From Eledone cirrhosa (lineage: Eukaryota): 64,000 bases of DNA. A model generated the notes under the pieces. It had not been told where the DNA came from, made no database searches, and saw nothing but the letters and a program-made list of their open reading frames with translations. The DNA lies in contig OZ024741.1 in the NCBI GenBank assembly GCA_964016885.1, positions 394,444,001 to 394,508,000 on the forward strand, written 5' to 3'. A program made the position numbers and the translations under genes. Numbering within the stretch: the stretch's first letter is position 1; each line of letters starts with the position of its first letter. Shown here one piece after another: positions 25,141 through 39,028 of the stretch.

Positions 25141-26239
25141 GATTCATAAAAACAGAATAAATATAAAATTATATTTAAAAAAAACATTATTTGAAAGAAG
25201 TTTATTTCTTGCTTGCTCCACATAATCCATCTTCTCAAAAATCTGCACTTGATCTTTTCCTAGTCTTCGAAATCATTTAAGCTATCCAGTAGTTGACAAG
25301 ATGGGCCACCCTCACCTTCCCTATAGATACACTTTTTGTTAGGATGGTATTTTTTTCTATTTCTTATTCTTCCATTGCTTTGACATTCTACCACCCTTGT
25401 TTGTTGTCCATCTCCTCATCACAATCAAAAGAAGATGGCATGGTGTTACTGGTTACAGTCCAAAGTGGGCTGGCTGACTGTCAGATTTTGGGATGAAGTC
25501 AAGGAGATTCATTTTGCTATTTCCAGTGCTACAGCTTGTGGTGATTTTAGAATAGCAGTTTTTGTTGCTTGAAGTTGTTATTGCTTTTAAAGTTGTTCGG
25601 GATAGAAAGCCATTAGCCCTTGCAGCCATACATGAAACAGGTGGGTTTGTTGACATTAGGGCATGCATGCTCAGGCAGGCAGACTTCTAACTAGATGTCA
25701 CTAACCATCTGATCATACTGTGCCATAATTATGACAATAAGGGTCAACATCATAGCCAATGACATTCATAATGACTGTTGTGTTACATCATCCTATATAT
25801 TATAGAACAGCTCCGATATTACGGCCATGTGGATAGAATGTCTAAGGAAAGATTCACTGGACAAATTATACTGCCAAAACCAACAAGCAGAAAACCCACT
25901 GGTAGATCCCAAAGAAGAATGTAACACAGGGACAATCTTACTGTTTATTTAACAAGTATGCTGGTATTAGAAGTGATACAAAATGTCAACTAATCTTTGA
26001 ATACATCAGTTCTTTACTAACTATTGTTCTTTTTTTGTTTTTTCTTTATAAATCTATTTTTGATTCTCTCTGCTAATCATTTGATTAGGTTTACATTGCT
26101 AAGATTCCAGAAAAATGTACAAAAATCATATCTTATTTATCCCCTCCTCTTACCTTGATGTAAGGGAATTTGCATATCTTGACAGTGTACTGTGTAGTAA
26201 AGGCAATGCTGAAATTTATGTCAAATGCTGAACTGAAAA

Positions 26240-26525
26240 GATCCACTACTTCTCCAAATTGAGAGATCACAGCTCTGATACTGTGGGCATGTGGTTAGAA
26301 TGTCTCAAAAAAGAATTTCTGGACAGATTTTATGAGCAAAACCAACTGGCAGAAGACCCAGGGGTAGACCCCAAGCAAGATGGTTGGATGACCTCCTTGA
26401 GCTTGGCTGGTCTTGTTTGGGGATCCAGCCAAATCAGTTGGTGATGGCTGCTTCTGACAGGACCCGCTGGAAGGAATGGTTGAGGACTCTGCCTCCACAA
26501 ACCTCTCAAGAAGAAGAAGAAGATA
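26240..26525 (+). mobile_element. RTE 3' fragment
   Basis: Similar to 37765-38060. A smaller related piece lies at about 25800-25920. Confidence 0.75.
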
Positions 26526-26640
26526 CATGAGTTGTGCTGTGAAATTAAATTTTATTTATTTATTTATTCCTGTTGTTATCCTCTGTGCAGCTACATTCAT
26601 CTTCAGTTGAAGTGTAAAGAGAAAAATATGATCATAATTG

Positions 26641-29230
26641 ATAATAATAATAATAATGCTTTCTTTATTAACCACAAGGGTTGACACAAAGCATAACATT
26701 AAGGACAGCACAGGATGGTACAAATAGGCGTTTCTGTCTGTAAAAACAAAAAGGATAAAACAAAAACAAAGGATGCAACAAAAAAATGAAATAATGGAAA
26801 ATTCCCCAATAGGGTGGGGAAACTTCCGAAGGTCACACGTGGAGAAAGCCCACAAAAAAGCCACGGTGACCCTGACCACCAGGACAAGTGCCCTCTCCAA
26901 GTTTTCTACGAAGACATCATAGTCATAAGTTGCCATGGTTCTCCCGCATCCCAGTTCATGGGGGACGCCCCATCAGCATCTCCATTTTGTGTAGTAATGG
27001 CTTAAGAGTCAATACTACGTACTACAGGGATGTATCACATAGGTTGAGGTTCTCGTGGATGGATCTGTCTGGAATGGCACGTCTGCACCTCTCCCACCAG
27101 ACACCCGAGGATAAGCACTAACTTTGTCGCTAGCACCTTGGGCCAAAATCTTGAACTCTGTGTTTAGCAGAGTTATGGGTCTGAAATTACCTATGTTGTC
27201 CCCATTGGTCAGGTCTTTTCTCAGCATCCCCACCACTCCTTGGCTCACAGAGCTGGGAATTCTTCCATTCCTCTGTCAGCTGCAGTAGACGTCTGCCAAG
27301 AGGATGCAAAACAAGTCAGGCATGTCTACGTAAAGCTCAAAGAGCAGACCATCCAAACCAGGTAATTTACCCATCATGCAGTCAGTCATTGCCTCCCATG
27401 CTTCAACTGCTGTAATCATCTTTATGCAACACTCCGCCTCAGTGGTCGAGAGCCGTGACAGGCCGTCAAGGTAGGCACTAACAGCTGAGTAAAATGCCAT
27501 TGAAAAGCCACACACATTTGCTCAGAATCGAGTAACATGCGCCCATTGTGGTCCTCCAAAGACTGGATCATGGCTCTGTTGAGACAACAGGCTTCCGCCA
27601 CTCGGGCCCATCAAACGGCTTTTGTCAACTCATGTCTGAGAGCATACACCCTTCATGCTTTGCGTTGAAAAATTGGTCGAGGGCCAGACTTGCAGCAAGC
27701 ACATTGGTCGTGATGCCATTATTAAATGCCTCGTCTAATTTTCTAACTAGTTCTCCCTCTGCTCTATTTTTCTCTATTGCTAACGCACTCTTTTTTAGTC
27801 ACCCTTTTCAGGGCGAACATCCATTTGTTGTTAACAACTTCCCCCCTCAATGCCCGCTTAACTAGTCCACTAATCCGATCTCTGTAGGCTTTGTGTGCCA
27901 TAAGTAACTTGTTTAGCTTCCAGTAGCTGAGTCCCTGTCTATGAAGCCTATCAAAGTCGACCACACAGATCATGAATTTGTCATCTGTGCAGTCGACTAT
28001 CTTGAATTGTGGGCAACCTATGTAAGAACTATCTATTTTTCTACAAAATACCCTATCTAGATATGATCTGGATGACCTAATGTGGTTTGTCCATGTCCAC
28101 ATTAGCACATTTGGCAAATTCAGTTGGTACCTGTCAGATAGTTGGAAACATCTGAATAGGTTTGCAATGCTTTTACGCCCTCCTCCATTGTCCATTAGTC
28201 TCACACAGTCTAAGTGTGCATGAAAGATCCTGTTCTAATCGCCCACTAACATTAAAGAGCAGGACGTTCCTAGAAAGATCTTCAGTCACCTGAAGATTAC
28301 AGGCTGTCCTGCCAGCTTTCACTGCTTGTGCCAGCACCACTGACTTACCTTCTGGGTCCAGGAAGATGGTCCATATCATGAGATCCAGGTCTTTCCAAAA
28401 CAAAACAGTGACTCTACCTCCAGATCCTGCATGGCTGGGAGATGCATACAACTCGTAACAGCTGAAAATAGGTGTGAAGGGTTGTGCCTTGGAAATTCTG
28501 GTCTCGCTGATGACCACCACATGTATGTTTATTGATCTGAGGTCATTGAACAGGTGATCCTGCTTCCATGATGACCATAGGCCAAGTGCATTTACGTTGC
28601 CTATTCTGGGTAAGGCCATTTTGAAAAAGAGTGGGAAAAGGTGGGAAAAACCCCATACCTCAGTCCTTGTGGAGGAAGGATGGTGTCTCCATCCTTCTGG
28701 CTGGTTGTGGCCCTCTCTGCAAGGATGCCTTTGTATATCCTGGAGACTGTCTCACGGAAATCTCCAATGTCATTGGGGAATTTTCCTTTTATGATTGTGT
28801 ATGTCTTTTGGAAGGCGCATGTTATTTGTATGTGTGTGGGTGGTGTGTAGTTTTTTTCTGTGATGCTGGTATTGTGTTGGATGTAGTGCAATAATTTTTT
28901 ATTGTTCATGTTTAAAGCCTTGTAGTGTGTTTCAGTTTTGTCATTTTGTTGTGGTTGCACATGTGGGTTTGTTTCTGTCTGGCTTGTTGTTGGTGTTTGT
29001 TGTGGTACTGGTGATGGTGGTTTTCGGGTTGATGATAGAGACGATGTGGGTGTTTGTGGTGATGGGGCTGGTAATGCATAGCTGCTGTTGTTGTTTTTAT
29101 TGTTCTTAATGTTGCTGTTATTGATATTGTTGTTCATGTTGTTGTTTTCTTGTTTCAGTTGTTGCTGTGGTGGTGGTGGTGGTGTTGGACGTGATTGCCG
29201 ACATTGTGGTTTTGGTGATGGCGGCACTCA
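26641..29230 (-). mobile_element. Tx1 element with internal deletions
   Basis: ORF1 tail, APE MALPRIGNVNALGL, WTWTN..SYLDRV, FRPITLLNTEFKILA, 3' UTR and (ATT)n. Confidence 0.85.
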
Positions 29231-30982
29231 TTTGTAAATGCCATTGGCAATGGCAGGAATTCTAATTCCTCTGTAGCCTCTGCATGGGATAATTTTTTGG
29301 ATTATTATTGTTGTTGTTGTTGTTGTTGCCATTGTTGCTGCTGATATTGTTGGTAGTGGCGGTGACAGCATTGGTGGTAGTGTTTGTATTTATGTTGGTT
29401 TTATTTAGTGGTAGGTGGTAGAGATGAAAATTTGTGATTCCCTGCTGCTAATTCAATTTTTATCACAGCTGCTTTTGTCATTGCTGCTGATTGAAAACTG
29501 GCAGTTCTCTTGATTAAACATACCACTATTCCTTTTTATGGGCGTACTTTTGGTGCCCGCCATGATTGTTTTTGTTATTTTTCAAAGGTTTGGGAGAGGA
29601 GGTGTGATTGCGAAAAGCAATGAAGGGCCACAAATATGGAAAAAAGGGACCAGCTCATGAGAAAGCCAAGTCCCTTATCTCCAAAACAATATTAAAATTT
29701 CAGATGAAAAACAGTTTGACAATAGAATAATGAGAAAACTTACGAGCTCATGAATGCACATCACTGTACTTTAACAGCCAATAAGAAGAAGAAAAAATGG
29801 TGGAGGCATCTTGAAAAACATGGTAATTTATTTTAAATTTAAGTGATCTTCCTAATGTGAGATGGAAGTAAGTTTAATTTTTAGCAAGGTAAGATGATAC
29901 AAACAAATAAAGGAGTAAGAATATTTGAGTTTGAAAATATGACCATTCAAAATTTGCTCCAAGTTTGTAATAAAAACACACAGAAAAACAACATTGGTGA
30001 GAAATAGGGAAAAAAATTGAATATATATTTGTTAAATACATTTTTTTACATCATAAACTTCAGTGTCATGTACAATCAATATAAAATTGCCAGATAAAAT
30101 AGATGTTAGTTTAGCAGTCTGTTAAAGGAATATATTCTATACTGATTGTTTTGCCTTCTGGTTTAATTCAATAGGGATTTAGTTATAAAATGTCATTTAT
30201 GAAGGTGTAGTGAGATAGATTTTCCTGGAACAACTAATTTACTTCAGAAAATTGTTTCATAATCAATACATTACACTTGCATAATTATATCACAATAATG
30301 TATTGTATAAATTGATATATCCCACCTTGCACTTTATAAAATTTCTATCAAGAATTTTCTAATATAACTTTCTGAAACACCTTCAATTATTAGTTACCAT
30401 GTGATTCCAGCAAATTGTAATATTACATTACATTAGATATGAAGAAGTGCAGATATTATGACAGATTAATCAACAAATTCTGTTTTCTGCTATTATAGTA
30501 CCACTAAAAGAAATCTCTGGAAATTTATAGAAGGAAACTCTTATGTAAAATACTTACTGCTAAGCTTAATCCTTTCGTTGCTATACTCATAATAAAATAC
30601 ATTATATGCTTCAATCATCTTTAAAAATAATTAAGAATTTGGAGAGATGCAATAAAATATCTAATTTTTGTCATTATTAAGGTAATACTTGGAATGTAAC
30701 TTAACAAAATATTTAAAAAACAGTTCAGTTCAAGTCTCAAATGACAAATTTTGGTGTCATATAATGAATCCAGCAGAGTTACTATGATGCTTAACTTAGC
30801 ATACTGTACACAAGAAAACCAGTCTAAATCATAATTAGAAATATTATGTTCACAGCAGTGTAGGGAATGAGAAACAGTAGAAGCTTGAGCCAAGATCAGT
30901 ATATTGAGTTTGAACCACAACCCAAAACAACAGCTGCTAGAGGCATACATATAATCCCAGTCTACCTTTGGTGAAAAATAAT

Positions 30983-31165
30983 TGTTTCTACTTTTTGGCA
31001 CAAGGCCAGCAATTATCCCAGTGTATTGCTGGTACTTTATTTTATCGACCCCATAAGGATGAAAAGCAAAGTTAACCTCGGCGGGATTTGAACTCAGTCT
31101 GTAAAGGGACGTAACTGTGCTACAAAGCATGGCATCCGACCCTCTACCGATACTGCCAATCCACC
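30983..31165 (-). mobile_element. Nin/Deu-domain SINE with TSD
   Basis: TSD ttt(g/t)gtgaaaaataat at 30967-30982 and 31166-31181. Confidence 0.9.
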
Positions 31166-32215
31166 TTTTGTGAAAAATAATATCACTTTATTAGAGGAGC
31201 ATATTGGTTCTGCATCCAACTTGAACATTCCTGTGAATTACTTTAATATCATATCACAGCAAAGTTATCCTCTAGGTATTACCAAGTGCCTCAGTGACAT
31301 GAATCAAACACCAATGTTGCAGCAAAATTGTAGAACATGTTTCAAACATCAAGGCCTCGTAAACTTTGCATATCAGAAATGCTTAGATGGGTAACTAAGT
31401 ATTAAAGAAGTAACCTTGTCTTGTTTTCCAAAGAATCAATGAACAAAAACTACTCAACACAAATAAGATAGTTTCACACAGATCACATGCATAGTTTTTG
31501 TACTGTCAGCCACCAAACATGACAAATAATCTGACTTTGATGGAACATTACTTATTTAGAAATAAGTACATTGTTTAAAAAATAACACTTTCTAATGCAA
31601 TGTTCTAGAGAGAGAGAGAGAGAATAAATGCTAAACTAATGCTTTGTAAACGTATTTTAAATATTTTCAATAGATTTAATCTAAAATATTTTTATTCATC
31701 ATCAAATGTGAAACTTTTCACAGATGGTCAGCTTAAAGTCTAAATAAATACAAATGACCTGCCTATGGTATCTATTTGCTTATTAGATGCATAAATTAGA
31801 ATCAAAACATTTTCTTCTCTATATAGAATAGAGCAGTACTTTACAGTGTAATTAAAAAACATTACTAAATAACCGGCACTATGTGTGTGTGTGTGTGTGC
31901 ATTAATAACATGGATAAAAACACAAAGGTCATTGTTATCAAAATAAGGTATTCAAGAACACATTACTCAAGATGGTTGGGTGTAATTCAAGGTAGATTTG
32001 GCAGTTATTTCTAGCAGTTCAAGTGACCACATTGGCTACAACAGTATTCTGATTGTATAACCATTCTTGTCTAAACCCACCCAACACACTCATTCCTTTC
32101 AAATCACATTGTCTTGCCCCTAATAAGTACTAATAAACACTAATATAGTAAACTGATCTAGTTATTCCTACTAAAAAATATATGAGAGATACTCCTCAAC
32201 ATACTGATAATTATA

Positions 32216-32295
32216 TCCAGCCATTACCATACTGCTCCCCACCCCAACACAGAAAACTGTCTTGGGGGTGGGGGAGCAGTATGGTAACGGCTGGA
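32216..32295. repeat. ~37-bp-stem inverted repeat with a 4-nt loop
   Basis: tccagccattaccatactgctccccaccccaacacag AAAA ctgtcttgggggtgggggagcagtatggtaacggctgga. Confidence 0.92.
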
Positions 32296-32506
32296 ATGGC
32301 CATTTTATCAAAAGTCTGTCTGATTTATCAGAGCTGACTGGGGGCTAAATAACTAATAAAAATGTTAACATTTTTGTTGTATTTAGCTGTTTTACGATTG
32401 AATATTATTGGCTCTGCTTTTTTTAACCAGAATAAAGCATTTAGCTACTGAATATTTCTCCTCCCAACTGATTAAATTCTAATTAATTAAACATTTCTTG
32501 GCCCAT

Positions 32507-32850
32507 GCATCCTCATCACTGTTTAACGTTAATTTTCCATGCTTGTAAGAGTAAGATTGGTTATCATGTTCTGTGACTAAGACAGGTCAGGTAACGTCTT
32601 GCTCATACATTCTATTTTTGGCAAATTTACAGGGTGAACTGGGTGTATTTTGTCAGCACTACAACTCTCTAGTATGTACTGGGTGCTTTTTGTCATGGAA
32701 CCAGCACTACCACTTTATAAGGTGGACTGGGTGCATTTTATCTTGGCATAAATACTACCACATAACAGGATGTTCTGGGTGCCTTTTACCATGGCACTAA
32801 CACTACCACTTCACAAAGTGTATTGGGTGTATTTTATCATAGCATCAGTA
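32507..32850 (-). mobile_element. RTE 3' UTR-derived repeat with ~35-bp tandem units
   Basis: Repeated actgggtgc(a/t)tttt..catgg..actaccact units. Confidence 0.7.
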
Positions 32851-32880
32851 AATAGAAAATCTTGTATCAAATAAAAGCTG

Positions 32881-33904
32881 GTGCAGTAATGTACCAACTT
32901 CAGCATTCAGTAATCAAAAGCAGGGAGGTAGGCGTAAACTCGCTATCTTCAATTCGGTTTTCATGCCATCCCTTATGTATGGTCATGAATCTTGGGTAAT
33001 GACCAAAAGAATATGATCGCAAATAAAAGCAGCTGAAATGGGATTCCTCCAAAGGGTCTTTGGAGTAACGTTACTCGATAAAGTGCATAAATCAGAAATT
33101 AGAGTCACTCCAGATAGAGCCGTTATTTCTCCAAATTGGGAGATAACAGCTCAAATACTATGGGCATGTGGTTAGAATGTCTCAGGAAAGAATTGCTGGA
33201 CAGATTTTTACGGGCAAAACCAACTGGAAAGAGACCCAGTAACAGACCCCAAGCAAGATGGTTGGATAACATCCATGAGCTTGGCTGGTCACATTTGTGG
33301 ATCCAGACAGATCAGTTGGAGACAGTTGCTTCTGACAGGACCCACTGGAAGGAGTGTTTGAGGACTCTTCCCCACGACCCTCTCAAGAATAAGTGGGTAA
33401 AGAAGAAGTTTATGCTAATGAAATAAAGGTTTAACCAATCTTCTATGATCACACAGAAGTTTCTAATTATACAAGTTAACATTCTATTCAAGCCGACCAA
33501 TCATAAAGGATGCTAGAAAATGCTAGGCAACTAATTGTCCAACTCGATTATCTTCAACAAAGCATATAGTAATATTAAGACTAAACTAACTTGTGAAAAA
33601 AAAATATTGAGATATTTGTCCATGACTATTTTTCTACTAGAAAATGTATCCAGCGATTAATAACCTAAAGGAAATAATATTGAAATGAACTTATACCAGA
33701 ATAGAAAAAGAGTGATATTAAATAGATAAGATGATGATAAAGAAATCGATTATAAATGATATTAAGTTGTATTAAAATTTTGTAATAAGCAATAAATGAA
33801 GACTTTATTTGTTTAAAGAATAATCTTTATATTGACACAATTTTGTCTCATTCAGTTAATGTTTACATATTTTCAATAAGACAAAATATTAATCAAACAC
33901 TGAA
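32881..33904 (+). repeat. 1-kb direct duplicate of 37532-38557 (RTE 3' end plus ~490 bp of non-RTE flank)
   Basis: Near-identical sequence; the ORF pairs 33136/37789 and 33312/37965 each differ by one residue. Confidence 0.95.
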
Positions 33905-34009
33905 TAGAAAAAAAAAATGGAAGGAGTGTTTGAAGATCTTCCCCCTCGACTCTCTCAGGAATAAGTGGGCAAAGAAGATGTTAAAATCCACTTTACTACA
34001 AACAGTGAA

Positions 34010-34330
34010 TACGAGCATGGCTGAATAGTTAAGAAGTTCGCTTCATCATTATGAAGTTCTCAGTTCAATCCTACTGCTTTGCATCTTGGACAAATGTCTT
34101 TTACCATAGGCTTGGATTGACACAAGCCTGTGATTGAATTGTGTAAATGAGAGAAACTGTGTGGAAGCCCATTGGATGAACTGTACCTGTAATTCAAAGG
34201 GTCAGCTTAATCACATGCAGCATCATTGTGATTCAGCCTGAAAACTATGTTAAGGGTACATGTATCTATTTCATCTTGATTTAATGAGTAGGGCATTTAA
34301 TTGATCAAACAACTGAATATACCTCAGCAA
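34010..34330 (+). mobile_element. Older tRNA-derived SINE of a different family
   Basis: tggctgaatagttaag..cagttcaatcc A/B boxes followed by ttggacaaatgtc. Confidence 0.55.
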
Positions 34331-34759
34331 AATCACCAGAAGATTCATCATGATAAACACTTAAAATACAAAAGAATATATCTCCTGAAGGAGTCATAGG
34401 GGTGCCATCATGATATACAGCATGTCTTAGGCATTTTTATTTTGGTAGAACCCATCCTTTCTCCAGGTTTGACCACAGCTAATTTCTTTCAAAGAAAGAG
34501 AGAGAGAGAGAGAGAGAGATCAGGAGCAGGGGAAGAAAGAGACATAGCACAAGAATAAGGAACTCCAGACCAACAGCAGTTAACTATTAGGGGAGATGGA
34601 ATAATGAGTGATACCTGCAACTCCCAAGAAAACTCTCTCAAGCCAGCGATATAGCTACGAGGTGAGTAAAGGCCACTTCTAAATAAATCTAGTCTTCGCG
34701 GGTTTGACAAAGTACCAGATTGAGTACGTGAATAAGACCACTGAAACTCAAACTGTAAT

Positions 34760-37700
34760 ATGATGAGAAAAACAAAGAAAAGCCATACTGCATCATCCTT
34801 CGTATGGATCAACAAGAGATGCATCTAGGCCCTAGGTAGCGGGGCCTGTTCGTAAAATATATTGCAGTCTCAATTTCATGCTGCAAAAACTGGCGATGGG
34901 CCTGCAACCTGTCCTGGGATGGACTCACAAAGGTTGCATATCTCAAGACCCCAAAGAGGGTCCAGAAAGAAACAAACCTTAACATTTGGAACCTGGAACA
35001 TCACAACCCTTACAGGAAAGGAGCAGGAACTAGTGGGGGAGGCTAGATGCTACCAGCTAGATATAGTCAGGGTCTCCTCAACAAAGTTCCAAGGCTCTGA
35101 TACTGTAGATTTGGACAGAGGATGGAAACTCCACTATTCAGGTGTGATGCCAGAAATGACTCCTGCTTAGGAATGGGGATACTCACAAGTCCCAGCTGTC
35201 AAAATGTGTTATGGACTGGATCCCATTAGGAAGGAGGATTTGCCTCTTAAAACTTAGGCTGAAAGATAGGTCTCTGTGGGGAGTGCAAGTTTATGCACCA
35301 AACAAGGAGTCCAAATATAGGTCCTTCTTTGATGAAGTCACTGCAGCGTTAGATTTAGTTAAGACTGAGTCATATAACCTGATAGGAGACTTCAATGTAC
35401 ATGTTGGCACTGACGACCTGACATGGAAAGGAGTGATTGGAAGGAACGCCGACCCTGATCTAAATATGAATAGAGAGGTCTTACTAGACTTCTGTTCTAG
35501 CAATAGACTCTCTATTATGAATACCTTCTTCCAGCACAGAGACATCCATAAATATACATAGGGGAATCAAGGACAGAGATCAATAATTGATTTTGTTATT
35601 GTCTCTGATCTCTTTGATTCTGTGCTGGATGTTCGCGTTAAGAGAGGTCCTGAGCTGTCAACTGATCACCATCTAGTTATCTGCAACTTGAGACTACCTA
35701 AAGCCAAGAAAGCCCACATAACTGACAGGTCCAGGGCAACCTACAGGATAAATTGGGAAGCATTGGTGAATCAGGAAATCAAAACCTGGCATGCAGATAC
35801 TATCGCATCTAAATTCAGAAAACTTCCTGAGAAAACTAAGGATGTTGAAATGGAGTGGAGATTGTTCAGTGCAGCAGTTTCTGCTTCAGCTGTTAAATGC
35901 TTCAGGCAAAAGAGGCTTTGTGTGGCACCGGATGGCAGGAGGACCCCTTGGCTCATATAAGACCTCAAAGATACCATCCAAGCAAAAAAAAAGTTGCCTA
36001 CAAAGTTTGGCTTGGAAATAAGTCCTCCTTCTTGCACTTGTGGTACAAGCAGACTTGAAGAATTGCAGCCGAGGCAGTAAGGGCACCCAAAGTTAAGGCA
36101 TGGGAGGACTTTGGGGTTAAGCTGGAATCTGACTTCAGATCAGCAAATAAAGTGTTCTGGCAGACCATCCACCGACTTCGTAATAAGAAGCCCTCCTCCA
36201 CACCTGCTATCAAGAATGCATCTGGAGTTCTCCTCTCATCAGAGCGGTACATCCTCGTGAGGTGGAGAGAATACTTTGCTGATCTCCTAAACCTGATCAC
36301 AACAGCATCTTCTGATGCACACAAGGTGCATCTAGGAGCTGTGACTAATCTCTCAGAGACTGAGGTCACAAGAGCAGTTAAAGAGCTCAAATGTGACAAA
36401 GCCACTACTGGGGGAAGATGAAATCTGGCTTGAAATGTTAAAAGCCTTAAATAAAGAAGGTATTCTCTGGCTGACTCATGTGTGTCAGGTGGCCTGGATC
36501 TCTGGAAAGGTGCCTAAGCAATGGCAATCAGGAGTGATGATCCCAATTTTCAAAACGGGAGACAAGAAATATTGTTCTAATTACAGAGGGATCTCCTTGT
36601 TAAGCCTCCCCAGTAAAGTCTATGCTAAGTGTCTGGGGAAGAGATGCAGGGAGGTTGTTGAACCGAAGCTAGCTGATGAACAGTGGTTTTTGCCCTGTAT
36701 GCAGCACACCCAAGCGGCAGGTATTCGAGAAATAGTGAGAGTATTGCCAAGAGGTATATTCTTGTTTTGTCGACCTTGAGGAGGTATATGACCGCGTTCA
36801 TCAGGACCTGCTATGGAAGGCTGTGCAGAAGTATGGGATTGATGGTTAGCTTCTTGCTGCTCTGATGTCTCTCTATGAATGCCCGAGTATTTGTGTTCAG
36901 ATAAATGGTGCTAAATCGAAACCATTCAATGTGGGAGTCGGACTCCACCAAGGGTACGCACTGACATTTTTTCTGTTCATTATTTACATGAACAAGGGCG
37001 GTGGATTGGCAGTATTGGTGGAGGATCGGACACCATGCTTTGCAGCATAGAGTTATGCCTATTTACGATCTGAGTTCCAATCCTGCCAAAGTTAAATTTG
37101 TCTTTCATCCCTAAATTTGATAAAATAAAGCACCAATGATGCACAGAGGTAATTGCTGGCCTCATGCCAAAAGTAGAAACAATTATTTACATGAATGGGA
37201 TTGACATGTACAACCGAGTTGGAAGTGATATCATGACTGGCAGGTGCAAAAATCAGACGGCTGGAATTTGCAGACGACATGTTACTTAACTCAATAGAAG
37301 ACGATCTTTGACTTGCACTTGATAGGTTTGATGCCGAGTGCTGCATGGCTGAAATGAGAATCAGTGCTGCAAAAACTGAGATGCTTGTCCTCTCAAGGAA
37401 GCCTGTGCAGTGCACTCTACATGTGAATGGAGTTCCACTTAAGCAGGTACAGAATTTCAAGTATCTCGCCGTCATGTTCACGAGTGATGGAAGGCAGGGG
37501 ACTGAATTAAATGCAAGAATAGCAAAAGTCAGTGCAGTAATGCACCAACTTCAGCATTTAGTAATCAGAAGCAGGAAGGTAGGCGTAAACTCGCTATCTT
37601 CAATTCGGTTTTCATGCCATCCCTTACGTATAGTCATGAATATTGGGTAATGACCGAAAGAATATGATCGCAAATAAAAGCAGCTGAAATGGGATTCCTC

Positions 37701-38065
37701 CAAAGGGTCTTTGGAGTAACGTTACTCGATAAAGTGCATAAATCAGAAATTAGAGAGTCACTCCAGATAGAGCCGTTACTTCTCCAAATTGGGAGATAAC
37801 AGCTCAAATACTATGGGCATGTGGTTAGAATGTCTCAGGAAAGAATTGCTGGACAGATTTTTACGGGCAAAACCAACTGGAAAGAGACCCAGTAACAGAC
37901 CCCAAGCAAGATGGTTGGATAACATCCATGAGCTTGGCTGGTCACATTTGTGGATCCAGACAGATCAGTTGGAGACAGTTGCTTCTGACAGGACCCACTG
38001 GAAGGAGTGTTTGAGGACTCTTCCCCACGACCTTCTCAAGAATAAGTGGGTAAAGAAGAAGTTTA
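34760..38065 (+). mobile_element. Near full-length decayed RTE LINE
   Basis: GTWNITTL, QVYAP, GDFNVHVG, STDHHLV (APE); YRGISLLS, FADD near 37267 (RT). Interrupted by a SINE; 5' boundary uncertain. Confidence 0.9.
36996..37181 (+). mobile_element. Nin/Deu-domain SINE nested in RTE
   Basis: 14-bp TSD attatttacatgaa at 36979-36992 and 37182-37195. Confidence 0.9.
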
Positions 38066-39028
38066 TGCTAATGAAATAAAGGTTTAACCAATCTTCTATG
38101 ATCACACAGAAGTTTCTAATTATACAAGTTAACATTCTATTCAAGCCGACCAATCATAAAGGATGCTAGAAAATGCTAGGCAACTAATTGTCCAACTCGA
38201 TTATCTTCAACAAAGCATATAGTAATATTAAGACTAAACTAACTTGTGAAAAAAAAATATTGAGATATTTGTCCATGACTATTTTTCTACTAGAAAATGT
38301 ATCCAGCGATTAATAACCTAAAGGAAATAATATTGAAATGAACTTATACCAGAATAGAAAAAGAGTGATATTAAATAGATAAGATGATGATAAAGAAATC
38401 GATTATAAATGATATTAAGTTGTATTAAAATTTTGTAATAAGCAATAAATGAAGACTTTATTTGTTTAAAGAATAATCTTTATATTGACACAATTTTGTC
38501 TCATTCAGTTAATGTTTACATATTTTCAATAAGACAAAATATTAATCAAACACTGAAATCTAAATAAGTAACCAATCTGAAAATATTGCAAATTGTCAAT
38601 AATTTCAAACCAGAAATAGACATCACATCAGCATAAATACACCATTTAGGGTTTATAACAGGAAAATACATTTGTCATGATTTTAAATCATTCTGAAGCA
38701 CCATGGCTAGAATTTAAGCAATTTAATTATTTACAAATTCTTTCCTTAGTGAAAAGTTGCTCATTTTTCTTTAAAAGAAACACTCCAAAGTAAAAATTTT
38801 GAATAATCTGTTCCAAAATCTTATAAAATTAAGTTTTAATTACATATTATCAATGATACCCAAACAAATATGTGGTTGATAGGCAGGACCAAGCAATACA
38901 TAGTGCTCTAACAAAACTTTCAGTTATCTCTGTAAAATAAACATATAAAATAATTTGTTTTTGTTTTTTTTAATGTGTGGTTATTTATACAGCACAACTT
39001 TATTATTTTTCAAAAAATAGATTTATTA

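Noticed and set aside
29700-29830. Possible short exon
   Set aside because: Splice-like motifs occur on both strands, but the frames checked contain stops.
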